A DNA stretch of 57,122 nucleotides, the filler included, from Sphacelaria rigidula (taxonomy: Eukaryota): the NCBI GenBank assembly GCA_964200075.2. It is 7 parts of 7 records of this genome, joined end to end, with 100 filler letters (N's around TTAATTAATTAA, not from the genome) between each part and the next. Parts side by side here need not be neighbours in the genome. Positions count along the whole stretch, not along the records: positions 24,526 to 32,600 come from CAXNAA020012397.1; positions 32,701 to 40,774 come from CAXNAA020012398.1; 5 more parts are not named here. One strand, 5' to 3'. Below the pieces are notes generated by a model. That model did not search any database, was not told the origin of the DNA, and was given only the letters and a program-made list of their open reading frames with translations. This document shows positions 24,526 through 35,800 of this stretch, in pieces. The stretch's first letter is position 1. Every line of letters starts with the position of its first letter. The translations under genes and the position numbers were made by a program.

Positions 24526-24590
24526 GTCTCGAAAGGGATGCGTGGTCAATGGTCACACGACCAAGGCAAGCAACAAATGAGTACGCCCCC
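24526..24590 (+). repeat. Copy of the ~103-bp repeat family at contig start
   Basis: Matches 10-72. Confidence 0.88.
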
Positions 24591-24814
24591 CTCCCACCCG
24601 TCCCCTTTTCTCTCCCATGTTTTCTCCATACAGCCCTGGACGCGGACCAGGCGGAGTAGCGCAAAGGCAGCAAGTGGCGCTTTGGCTTCTCAGACCCTGT
24701 TGTCACACATGTTGGGATTTTGTAAAATGGATCTGAGAGTGTTCTTCGATTCGTTCTTTCAGGTGAGCTCACGAGCTGTCCGACTTGTGATGACTTTCAT
24801 GCAGGAATGCTTAC

Positions 24815-24943
24815 AGGTGCGGCAGCGGACTCCTCTCCGTCGGTGCTGCCTTCCTCGCTTCCCCCGGCCTTGGGCGACGGTGGCGGTGTATTCTGCCCCA
24901 CTGAAGTCAAGATGACATCACCGCCCGAATCAGCCGCTTGTCC
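24815..24943 (-). CDS. Exon of unidentified low-complexity protein (GQAADSGGDVILTSVGQNTPPPSPKAGGSEEGSTDGEESAAAP)
   Basis: TTTTTGTCAG acceptor and GTAAGC donor; 129 nt; only phase 0 is open. Confidence 0.65.
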
Positions 24944-25084
24944 CTGACAAAAACAGGTCATCATCCAATAGATCAAATGTGTTGGTACTGATTTTAGGGA
25001 CATTTTTGTTTTTGTTGTTGTTGTCTTCACTCAAGTGTTCTTCTGCTTCACCCATGAACCTAACCCTAACCCCAACCCTGACCA

Positions 25085-25200
25085 CCACTATTACTACTAC
25101 TAGTTGTAGTAGTAGTAGTAGGGATAGTGGGAATAGTAGTAGTACTAGTACTAGTACTATTGCCACCACTACTACTACTATTGCTACTACCACTACCATC
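25085..25200. repeat. (TAC)/(TAG) microsatellite tract
   Basis: Direct inspection. Confidence 0.9.
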
Positions 25201-25239
25201 ACATCTCTGCGCAATTCGATGTGATTTTCCGATACATAC

Positions 25240-25299
25240 CTCTGCGCGCTTTCGTGCTTCTTCTTCCGCTTCGCGTCGCAACTGCTCCATTTCCAGGAT
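25240..25299 (-). CDS. Exon encoding a coiled-coil-like peptide (ILEMEQLRREAEEEARKRAE)
   Basis: Strong polypyrimidine tract + CAG acceptor; GTATGT donor; 60 nt, phase 0-0. Confidence 0.7.
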
Positions 25300-26323
25300 C
25301 TGCGAAGAAGCAGAGAAAAAAAAACGTACGAACGCACACATACGAAATAAGACAAAAACAGAACGAAGCATCAGCGAGTGACGAGAACATAGCATCACAC
25401 AGCAGACGTAACAGAACGGAACAAAACAGAACACCGTGCAACGAACAGAACACAGAATGTAAAACAAACAGAACAGACCAGGACATCAAGCAGAATCACC
25501 ATGCAGCGTCATTACCCTTCCACGTTCTGCGTTTGTACTGCAATCGTGCTACATGCACATACAAGACCGTATAATTGTTTTCGATCCGCAAAGCATATCC
25601 GCAACAACAGCGATAGCTAAAATCAACACTGAACAACAAAGACAACAACAACAACAATAACAACAACAACAACGCAAAAGTTCCGCGTGTGAAAGTATGA
25701 CACCCAAGACAATAAGACAATGATGGGCCTCAGCGGAATTTTCTGTCAAATTTATTTTCTTCACACTCTGGATAATGGTTGGGGTTGGATTATCATACAT
25801 TGGAAAAAAGTAACACAACACAGAAAGCTTGAAACTGAAACCTAGTGGGTTGGGGTTGGATTGTTATATGTTGGAAAAATGGAAGACAATAATGGAAGAC
25901 AATCTATTGATAGTACATTCGCAATAAATGTGATTTAGACATACTGGACACACTACATCTTTCGCCAATGCTGTCTACTGTCAAGGGTGTGGATTACCAA
26001 CAGCAAGGGAAGCGATGCTCAACAACATGTTCGTGAGACTATAACAGGAATGTTTTCTTTTGTTTTTCCGGAACGGGAGGTCTTTCGTGATTTACACCAA
26101 GACGGTCGAATCATCCGAAACGGTCGTCACCCCGCTGAAAGCCCGTGATCTGACGGAAAATTTGGTACAAAAATATTTTCAAAATCGACGTAGTCAGCGC
26201 AGAGCAGTGTTGAAAATCGGATATCGATACTCGATACGATTTCGATAAACATTGCCGATACGGCGTATCGATATCGCCGGTTTCCAAGTCGATATTTGTC
26301 GGTACGTATCAATGTCGATATCG

Positions 26324-26357
<34 letters not shown>

Positions 26358-26969
26358 GGAGGGGGGTCGGCAGCTTGGAATTGGAAGTGCATGGGGGATG
26401 GTATGCGGCATATCGTCCCCCTTTTTTCCCCATGATTCCTCCCACCACCCCACCGGCCGGCGGATATACGCCTGCGCAGGCCAAATAAGAGACCCTGTCT
26501 ACAGACCAGAACCAGTCCCACATTGCATTTGTGCAGACCCGCTGGTCCAAGCAACACCGTTTTTGAAATCTACCCGCGCACAACAGAGCCGACACACAAT
26601 TTTCAAACGCACCCGTGCCTAACAGAGCAGGCATGTAGGGCACGCCACGGCACGCGCACCCACAACGCAGCTTACACGCACACATACACAGACAAACCAC
26701 CACCAGGTAGCCGCAAAAGCAGCAGCAGCAGCAGCAGTGGTGTAGTACGGAGACCGCCTTTGAGCTTATCGTACGCACTTCACGCGCTCGGCAGGCAACT
26801 GACCCACGTACTCTTGTGGGCTTGCATCAATTGTTTCTAGTAAATGTATATTTCACGGACAGTACAGACAGTACAGACAGTATCGCGTAGCATTGATCCC
26901 AACCGCAGACAGAAGTAGTACAGACAGTACTAAGTGTTGCTTTGCTTCTGTTGATGTTTTTAATACTAT

Positions 26970-27148
26970 TATTTCACGTCTCAGTCTACTGCATCGTTCT
27001 GTTCGACTTTTTTTTTTTCAATGTTCCTTCTTTTTTCTTCAGCGAGTGTTTCAGGTTTGTTTTTCTTGGGGTGGGTACGTCTATCGTGTGACCACGGCTG
27101 GACCCCTAGGGGATCAGTTAAAGTACGATAATCAATCAATCAATCAAA
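26970..27148 (+). mobile_element. 5'-truncated copy (3' UTR and tail) of the RTE LINE family at 42396
   Basis: GACCACGGCTGGACCCCT.GGGG.TCAGTTAA.GT.CGA followed by (AATC)n, matching 47061-47133. Confidence 0.85.
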
Positions 27149-27586
27149 CCCATCGATCAACATAAGCTATACAGATAGCACTGTGCCGGAGGTACTGTAA
27201 GGCATCGCGGTAACGGTGGCATCTATTGCACTGAGAGCTTCGAGTAAAAGTAACCTCCACCGTTAGGACAGCAGATGGTTTCACGCGTCGGAAAGATCAT
27301 GAAATGTCTGAAACACCGAGTCAAAGAAAACTTTCGAGTCCGTTTGTCCAAAAACACATCATATGTGACCACGGAAGTCAGGAAAGCCAAAGCGTAACCT
27401 TTGCACTACTCGCCGTGCTCCGCGTCCGGCGCCGTAAGGAGCAAACATGGAAAAGGGGTGCCAAATGATCCGGGTCATGGTCCGGATAACTATACTGAGA
27501 ACAAGTAATTTTCAGACGGATCATGATCTGTCCGACGTGAGGATGGCTTGCTGATATCGCCATCGAACGGGTATTCGAGACTGTTA

Positions 27587-27845
27587 CACGGTTCGGACAA
27601 ATCATGGCCGATTGGAATCACTAAATCTACGACTTTTCAGCCGTGATTGCTCGAAAGAGAAAAAAAAAATTGACCGCCGGTCAAGAGAGTCTCCACGCGA
27701 TTTTTGCGCCATTCAACGTCCCTCGGCGCCGTTCACCTGGGTTGCAACGCTGACAACAAAGCCCGAGGAATGATTCGTACGGTACGAATCAATTACATTA
27801 AAATCAAGTAGTTTCAAGACGAATCATTGATTCGTCCGACCCTTG
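27587..27845. mobile_element. ~260-bp hAT-like MITE
   Basis: TIRs CACGGTTCGGACAAATCA / TGATTCGTCCGACCCTTG; degenerate 8-bp TSD GACTGTTA/AACTGTTG; inverted homolog at 29250-29766. Confidence 0.78.
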
Positions 27846-28094
27846 AACTGTTGCTGTTGTCGTCCCCGGTCACCCGCACGATGAACGCGATGAAGGACAG
27901 ACAGACAACGGCGAACACACCCCAGCCATCTAGTTCGTAGGTTTGGAAATAATAACGAGTGCCCTTCTCGAGCACGACCGATGGGCTTTATCTTCCTGCC
28001 TGTTATGATTTTTGTCATCTGCGCTCGCTCCTCGAGGTCATCACTTCCTCATCCTTCGCATCTGTGTGATTTTTCGCAGAGGTTAGCTCTCGCA

Positions 28095-28230
28095 CCCTGG
28101 ATAATGGCAATAGAATACGCAGTCAAAGAGTGTACTGCGTACAGTATCGACTACTACGCCTATTGCAACAGACAATAGATTCTATACTGTACGCAGTACG
28201 CTTTTCGACAGTAGAATATATCGTCCAGGG
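28095..28230. mobile_element. Fold-back MITE of the CCCTGGA family
   Basis: CCCTGGA...TCCAGGG ends, GTACTGCGTACAGTAT/ATACTGTACGCAGTAC arms; core shared with 13982-14111. Confidence 0.75.
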
Positions 28231-29249
28231 TACGTTAGCTTCATGTTCGCAGAATCAAGGTAAATGCTCTGGTTCCATCGAAACATGACAGAACAGCGGC
28301 CGCAAAATAAAAAATATACTCTGTATATCACCGGCTTGAACAACACTATGCATCACACATCACACAATCACACCTGGCGTTGTAAATCAGATACCTACCT
28401 CTGTTGCCTCTAGCCTCTCGCCTCTTGCACTATGACGAACAATTTTTGTCAGACAAGCATTACGCCGCGTGCTGTGCCGCCGCTTCCATGATGTCAAATA
28501 ACAAATCACACACTTCGGCTGTTGTACCTTCATACAATCAGGTGTGCACCCACTTCGGGTTAGGTTGCTAGTGTGCTAGCGTGTTACCGCTAGGTCTTTT
28601 GCATGCTGCGTCCCTACCAAAATAGCGGTATCGTATCGAGTATCGATACTCGATACGTATCGCGTCATTTTCCGAGTATAAAAATATCGACATGGACGTT
28701 TTTTCGTGGGTATTTCAAACTGTCGTATCGAACTTTTTTCAATTCCGTTCGATACTCGAAAAAGGGGAAGAGTTATGAGGAGAGACGTGCATAAAAAAAA
28801 GAAAAAAACAACAACATATTTTCGGCCGTATCTCGTGAAAAGCGTCACCGATTTCGATTCTGATTGAGCCCAAATTCCCGTCAGATGACGGGCTTTCAGG
28901 CGGGATGTAGGCCGTTTCGGACGGTTCGACCGCCTTGGCGCAAATCACGAACAACCTTCCGTTCCGAAGAAAAAAAAAACTGTTAATCCCACGGACACGT
29001 TACTGATCGCGGGTCTTCAACAACAACAACAACAACCAGCTCAAATGAACACCGCTGCTGAAGCGTGGAACATCGGTAAATATATCGAAACACCGCTCGC
29101 GTGTCCTAGCAAAAACGGTAGCAATCGCAGCATCAGCAACAGCAACAGCAACAACCCCCTGCAAACACAGCAGATCTTGCTTTATGTTCTCTGTCGCATG
29201 TATGTACGCGTGAAAACATATATATATATATATATATGTAAACATATGA

Positions 29250-29766
29250 ATGGTGGGACGAATTGATGATTCGTCTGGAAATGACTTGATTTTAGTGTAA
29301 TTGATTCCTACCGTGCGAATCAATCCTCAGACTTTGTTCCAAGTGTTGCAACCCGGGTACGCGGCGCCGAGGCACGTGGGATGGCGCGAAAATTGCGTGG
29401 AGATCTTTTTGACCAGCGGTCAACTTTTTTTCCCTTTTTCGAGCAACCGAGCAATGCTACGGTAGGGATGCACTTTTTTCGCGAAATGTTGTCTAGCTCA
29501 AGGGCTTCTAAAGATTCTAGACGCACAAGAATATGGATCAGGGCATTCCCCTTTGCAATTTCATTCGGGATATCCCCAGCACATTAGAGTAGTAATCATA
29601 GCGTACTTTTACATATTTTCGTAAGTAGTGTTTTGCAGGATATCAAGGGCTCCTAACAATGCTAACCTCAGAAAATATTTGTGCACCCCTACCGTAGCAT
29701 CACTCAACCGAGGCTGAAAATCGTGGATTTCGTGATTCGAACCGGTGATGATTCGTCCGAACCGTG
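29250..29766. mobile_element. hAT-like MITE (family of 27587) interrupted by a younger element
   Basis: Aligns with the reverse complement of 27587-27845 on both sides of 29449-29705. Confidence 0.8.
29449..29705. mobile_element. 257-bp MITE with GAG...CTC termini, Sola-like
   Basis: ~25-bp TIRs GAGCAATGCTACGGTAGGGATGCAC / GTGCACCCTACCGTAGCATCACTC; 4-bp TSD AACC; the insertion is absent from the homologous host copy. Confidence 0.85.
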
Positions 29767-29768
29767 AT

Positions 29769-29769
<1 letters not shown>

Positions 29770-29806
<37 letters not shown>

Positions 29807-29870
29807 CAATAATTTCCGCACATTAGTCCGCTCTCGCGAACCCGTGGTCACAGACGTGGGCTCGCCTTTC
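29770..29870 (-). mobile_element. 3' end of a related LINE family with an (ATT)n tail
   Basis: Minus strand reads GTGACCACGGGTTCGCGAGAGCGGACTAATGTGCGGAAATTATTG(TTA)n; shares GACCACGG...TAATGTGCG with the RTE 3' end at 47069-47100. Confidence 0.6.
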
Positions 29871-30008
29871 AAATACCGTCCTTGCTATTCCTTACCAGAC
29901 ACATTACCAAAATAAAGAAAAAAGAAGAAGTGAGACGCCACGAAAACCGGTGATATATACATATTATATATATATATATATTGCTCGTTATTGTTTCCTC
30001 CTACTCAC

Positions 30009-30185
30009 CCGTCGCTTTTCGTTTGTAAAATCATCCTCACTCATCTCTCCCCTGCTTTTCTTGGCGCTAAGTTCCCGGATCATTTCCAGCACTTCTGTTT
30101 CCCCTTCGCGCGTCCGATCTGAGTTCAAGCTTGCTCTGGCCGCATCTTGCTCCAGCCCCGCTTTTGCCAACGCCGCCTCAGCAAC
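30009..30185 (-). CDS. Exon of unidentified charged helical protein (VAEAALAKAGLEQDAARASLNSDRTREGETEVLEMIRELSAKKSRGEMSEDDFTNEKRR)
   Basis: Poly-T...GTAG acceptor and GTGAGT donor; 177 nt, phase 0-0. Confidence 0.75.
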
Positions 30186-30672
30186 CTACACGCGAAAAAA
30201 AAAAAGGGCAAAACAGAAAAATCAAACGTAAGCGTATGCAATGATCTATCCGGTTGCTTGCATGTGATGGATTTGGAAGTTTGACCAAGCAGGCACTACT
30301 ATTAGTTGCTCGCCTGAACTTGTTTATGTCACATTCGGTTCATTCCCTCATGTCCTCCTTTCACACGCCCCGTTCCTCCCCATACAGTTCATTTCCTACG
30401 GTCGAGGGGACGGAGAGGGACTAAACACAAATATTCGAATACATTCAAAAGTACCATAGCGGTGTGTTACATCAAGGCGCCAAAGAATGTAATATTAGAC
30501 AGATGCTTGGATCACGGGTGGTGAAAACAACAAATGCAAGATACAGCATGATACAGCACGATACGGCAGGATACGGCAGGACGGGGGGAAGGGGGGGTAT
30601 TTTCGCTCCATGTGACTGGTTGTTGAATTATATTATCATGCATTTCCGGTTTTTTTCAAGTCACAAGCGCAC

Positions 30673-30795
30673 CTTCATGGATTCCAAGTGCAGCGCCTCA
30701 TCTTCATTCCGAGATTCAGTAGAGCTTCGCCGAGCTTCATCCTTAGCTCTTCGCGAAGATCGTTGCCAAGACTGTTGCCCACCCGAAGGTGGAGT
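30673..30795 (-). CDS. Exon of the same unidentified protein (TPPSGGQQSWQRSSRRAKDEARRSSTESRNEDEALHLESMK)
   Basis: CAG acceptor and GTGCGC donor; 123 nt, phase 0-0, compatible with both neighbours. Confidence 0.68.
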
Positions 30796-30976
30796 CTGCT
30801 CGTGTCGTGACAGGGAGCAGCGGGGGGATGGGGCAGTTATACCCTTTGACCGCCGGGGAGCGTAATCTGGGTCTTGCATTAATTCACCAAAAAGTGCAAA
30901 ATGATGCCCGTTCAACTCATGACCCCATCCTGGCGGCAGTCGAAACGATTACAGTATGACTCTTCAGCTCTATTAA

Positions 30977-31094
30977 CCCTTTTGGAACCCATGGAGGATT
31001 TTTGTTTTGGTGAATCGACATCCTTTTCAGTCATTTTCAAGTCAAAATGATGCCGATTCACAAAAATAAAAGTCGTCAGTGGATTCGGAAAGGG
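30977..31094. mobile_element. 118-bp piggyBac-type MITE
   Basis: TTAA|CCCTTTTGGAACCCA ... TGGATTCGGAAAGGG|TTAA. Confidence 0.75.
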
Positions 31095-31233
31095 TTAACG
31101 CCCAGTTGTGCAGGTGACCAGTCTTTCGTTGGTCTGGTCATCTTGGGGGTTCGGAACAGTTGGTCTGATATAAGGCACAACACCTCCATGAAAACAAAGG
31201 GATCTGGGCCCGTCCGGCCGTTACCGCTCACCC

Positions 31234-31456
31234 AGACCTAACTTCGGAACAATATCGAGTTGTACCGCCTTGGGGGGCGTCAGACCTCATTTCGGAACAA
31301 TATCGAGTTGAATCCGTGCGGGACACGAGACCTCACTTCAGCAACATTATCAAGTTGTACCCTGCTGGGGGACATCAGACTTCATTTTGGAATAATATCG
31401 AGTTGAACCCCGTGGGAGGCACCAGACCTGTTTTCGGAACAATATATTGGTTGACC
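31234..31456. repeat. Minisatellite of five 46-49-bp units with dimeric higher-order structure
   Basis: AGACCTCATTTCGGAACAATATCGAGTTG-like cores at 31234, 31282, 31328, 31377 and 31424. Confidence 0.9.
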
Positions 31457-31871
31457 TTCAACGCCGGTGTAACCCCGACGGACCAGCTACGCAGCTCGTC
31501 AATCCCCCCCCCCTCCCCCCCGCGGGTACCAGCATTTACCGTTCATTCCGAGGTGTCCCAAACTTCTACCTTATGCATACTGTTTCATCCAATGAATGAG
31601 GTACGTTTACGCAAACTGGTCAACAAAATTCCAGGGTTAGACACAATTTGTTTTTGTCGAAAATCCTGCATGTCGTCACAGCGTCCGTCTCTCTCTCTCT
31701 CTCTCTCTCTCTCCGTTTCACACAAAACGCCTCGACGAATGAAAAACATTAAAAAGATGCTGACAATCTCACCATCGATACCAATGAGCACCAACATTAA
31801 CACGCAAGCGCACTCACCTTCCCCCCACCAAACACAGCCACCATCTCGCTCATATACCCCGCAGCCCCCAC

Positions 31872-31968
31872 TTGTCTCTCCTCGTTCCCTTCAATCTCAT
31901 CGTCTTCGTCCACGAGTTCGCCACCTGAGCCCATTCCGAGATGCGAACAGGGGGATGAAGGAGGTGAC
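31872..31968 (-). CDS. Probable exon (SPPSSPCSHLGMGSGGELVDEDDEIEGNEERQ)
   Basis: TAG acceptor and GTGGGG donor; ends in phase 0, compatible with 30795. Confidence 0.55.
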
Positions 31969-32600
31969 CTACTATAATTGTAAAGTTGATTGCAGATCTC
32001 CGCTGTACACATCACAAATCGCGCCACCTCATGTTTCATTTCCACACGAACACATGAAAGTAGAGATAATATTAATAGTTGACAAGTCGGACAGCTCATG
32101 GGCTACCCGAATATTACTTCTTACTAGTGTACCAGTCTGAATAATGACCTAGCTCATTGGCCCACTTTTCCCTATTTGCTTCCTGTAGCCCTGAACGCCG
32201 AGCACGCGAAGTAGCACAAAGATAGCGCTTTACCTTATCGGACCCTCCTGTCACATACTCTCGTGTCCCTCACCACCGGATCTGAGAGTCCTCTTCGACT
32301 ATGGACAATTTCTGAGATACCCCCTCAAAAAGCAAGCCTAAAAATATCACGAGAAAGGGTCATACAGCGCCTGATGTTTGGTTTCAGGCTGCATGAAGCG
32401 CCTCATACGTGCGACACTGGCGAAAACGAACTTAAGCGTGAGAATTCCCAGCTGCTCGTTGTGCTTGGCTTTTTTCACTATGATCCACGTGTGTATTTTG
32501 CCTCCCCGAACCAGCCACCTTCTTGCAGGGGGGGGGGGGGGGGGTACTCATGAACATGCACGCCATAGGCAGGGGACCCTTGACCGCGACTCCCCACAAA

Positions 32601-32700
32601 NNNNNNNNNNNNNNNNNNNNNNNNNNNNNNNNNNNNNNNNNNNNTTAATTAATTAANNNNNNNNNNNNNNNNNNNNNNNNNNNNNNNNNNNNNNNNNNNN
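32601..32700. other. Artificial contig linker
   Basis: Same 100-nt spacer. Confidence 0.98.
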
Positions 32701-32737
<37 letters not shown>

Positions 32738-32956
32738 GGGGCGGGGTGTTCGATAGCACAAACAACTGTGCTCATGGATGCGTCAAACGACCTGAACCAC
32801 TCGCGGTGCGCTGGTATTCGGGGAAAAGCGGTGTAAAGTAGTGAGGATGAGGGTTGTATATCGGGAGCAAGCGCGATAGAGCCACTGTGGGCTACTTTCA
32901 ACGGCGATTGAAGTGGAACCTCGTGGACGAAAACCGCCCAAAATACCCCCCCTCTA

Positions 32957-33026
32957 TGCTCCGTCTCGAAAGGGATGCGTGGTCAATGGTCAAACGACTA
33001 AGGCAAGCAACAAATGAGTACGCCCC
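32957..33026 (+). repeat. Copy of the ~103-bp repeat family
   Basis: Matches 4-72 almost exactly. Confidence 0.88.
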
Positions 33027-33043
33027 CTCTATCGTAGCATGAC

Positions 33044-35800
33044 TCAAATACTCTGCCCAACGTCGTGAGTCGAACCCTTCGAAATGCCCCGATACGGATA
33101 TGAACTGCCCAACAAGCCCTTCAAAGTCTTCATCATGAAGTTTGTGTGTCGTAATCGCAACACATTTGTTTTTTCGATTTCCGGCATTTTCCGATGACTG
33201 TAGTAGTAGACCCCTTCATCTCCGTTTTGGTATGACCCCCAGTCGCTGTTCAAGGCACGGAATGATACAACGGTAAAATGTTCGAAACAGTATGAGACAA
33301 CTGCCGGAGCACTCACTTTGGATGTCCCCGTAACGTCATTTTCCAACAGATGCGCAACGTTTCACGCCCTCGAAAACGGGTATCAAGATACAAAGGATCA
33401 ACGAGGTCGGCAACTCAGTACAACTCCTCATACGACTTCACCGTGTTCTGATATTCCAAGAACTGGTGACTTTTCATACAACTTTAGCGTGTTCTGATAT
33501 TCCAAGAACTGTACGAGTAGAGGTGAATGAATCCGAAAAAAAGTTATCACAAGAGGAGGATCGGAACAATGGCGTTGTTGACACAGCCAACGTGTTGCAT
33601 GCAGCACCCCTCACATACTACACAGCAGTCACTCGAGAGTTTAGGGATTTTCTGCATAAAGCACTTGCTTGCAGTGATTGGCCGCAGATCGGTCCACCAC
33701 ATGTGCAACCACCCATCCGATTCAAAATGCAGAAATTGACACAAAATACTGCACAACACCCAGTCTCTAGCACAGAAAGTGCATTACCGTTGTGGCGCAG
33801 CGTGCCAAGCCTTGCGCCACCTCATCATGACGTATCGTATCGTACCCTACCGCACCGTGCCGTACCGTACTACATCGCAGTACATTACAGAACACGACCG
33901 TACAGTGCACTGCGGTACGGTGTGGTACAGCAGTACATACAGCACAACAGTACTCCCAACCGAAGTGTAGACAAATGCGCATGGCAACGACTTTGCACCA
34001 CCATTGCCACCCACAGCGGATGGCGGTAGACGAATTGAACCCTAACGGAACGGCAGCGTAGCACTGCGGTAGCTGCGCGGTACGAGTGACCTACGAATCA
34101 CTCACGCCGGTTTTTTTCTAGCTGAATATACACGAGGCTGGGAATAGTGAGGGGGTGTACGCAAGGCAGCGACTTGTGCGTACCAAGCATTCCGATTCAA
34201 CCCAACACAACGAAGCGAACGCTGATACCATGGCACCGGTAGGTAGTTCGCCAGCCTGCGATGTCAAACGTTGTCGCTTTGTGACTGGTGCACTGTGATG
34301 AGGATGTCAGAGGGTTGTGATGGTTGACCCTCGAGAATGCAACGTCCTCACAGTCGACGGCAGGTGGAGAAGCAAGTCAACTGCCCGAAAAGCAAGCGCC
34401 ATGCTGCTGCCGTCCGTGATGGGAGTCAAGTGTTGGAGTATTTCGTGCCCCCATTGGAACGTTTCGGACCCCCTCGCCAACGACAGCAGCATGATGCTCA
34501 AGGTGCATAGCGTGTCCCAAGACGTGGTACGCTGCTCCCGTAAGTGAGTGGGTACGCACTAGAAGTGAGTTGACTCTGATCGCCATGTGTAAGAAGTCGC
34601 GGATTGTGAGGGTGTGGATGATAGCATAGCGGCATGAAAAACAAGATATTACCACACCCGCCGACGGTTTTGTAATTTTCAACTCCAACTGGGGAAAATC
34701 CGCCCTCTATGAGACGCAACCTCGGTACATCACATATTTCTAATTCTGAATCACTGTTCTGGCTTCCGCATCTCACCACCTGTATTCCGTATTTCGTGTT
34801 TCGTAGGAGGGTTTCGGGTGCACTCTGGTCGGATTGGCGATGGTGGTGTGTGCAAGGAAACACTCGAGAGACTAGACGTTGCGAATGATTCAAAGACGGA
34901 CTTTGTGTGCCGATCGTTGTTTTGAAGAAAGACGCATATGACGATCATCAATCGCCCACTCCAACAAAAGTGTGGAGTCACTGCGGCTCGTATCCCATAT
35001 CGGTCACTGTACAGTACAGTAAAATCCGATGTTGAGCATGACCGTCTGTACACCAACGGTCCACACCGATTGATGAAATTCCCAGCATGGCGTTAGGGCA
35101 GGAGCGACTGTTTTTGGTCACAACGAGTCAAACAAAATCACGGCCGACAACAAGCGTACCGCCGAAAGGCGTAACACAAAGTTGCCTAAATCTGCAGAAC
35201 AATATATCCAGATGCTTTTAGGAAACGGTATTCTAGGGCTTTTCGATATTATGACCATCACGTCAGGTTTTGCTATATACACTCTGGACACCGTGAGGCA
35301 TCCGCTGAATAACAACCCTCCTTAGACTAATTTGTTCGCATAACGTTCCCGAGTGGTATGGTGCTGCCCTGTACGAGGTATTACGTGGGACTTCTCACAC
35401 AAGCTGGGCGAAACGTTAGCGATGGGTGGTTGCCGGGTCAGCGGTATTTGCTAATACATCGCTGAATTCTTCAGAGATATGTCGTATAATCGTATAATGT
35501 TTCGCCCAGCATGTGTCGTTTTCGTGACCTTTGTCACGGCCACCATTATTCTCATCGTGGATCAGTACTGTTGCAACCATAGAGAGCGGAGGTGATATTT
35601 GTCGTATCAAGTGGGGGTGTTTTTGAAACAGACCTCAGTATTGACTGTCATCCTTTTATATTCATACGTACAACAGGGGTTCACTACAGCTTTTGGAAAA
35701 TATATACTACAGGGAAAGAGTGACAGCGACGTTCATGAGCTCCCTAGTGTGTGCACGACTGCTGCCAGCGGCCCATGTCCTCGACGACTTGCTGCCACCT
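33044..35800 (-). pseudogene. Probable decayed Crypton-type tyrosine recombinase with C-terminal GCR1_C-like domain
   Basis: Motif remnants in the expected order: VATVLIHDENNGGRDKGHENDTCWAKH; THHHRQSDQSAPE (H-x-x-R); DVPRLRLIEGGF (cf. LPR..M..LAGF); GHEILQHL; SFRALNSDWG...VYYYSHRK (GCR1_C-like). Fragmented by introns, stops and frameshifts; recognised by eye. Confidence 0.5.

Noticed and set aside
25066..25085. Telomere (CCCTAA-like run)
   Set aside because: Only 3-4 degenerate units, internal to an intron
31234..31456. CRISPR array
   Set aside because: Spacers are 17-20 bp and related to each other, repeats are degenerate, there are no cas genes, and the context is a eukaryotic intron
31316..32140. 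274-aa plus-strand ORF
   Set aside because: Runs through a minisatellite, poly-C and (CT)n, antisense to a probable exon; no domain recognised
32234..32337. Candidate upstream exon with good AG/GT borders
   Set aside because: Stop codons in all three frames
32701..32746. Long poly-G as a functional G-quadruplex
   Set aside because: Sits at a contig start; homopolymer length is unreliable and may be a sequencing artefact
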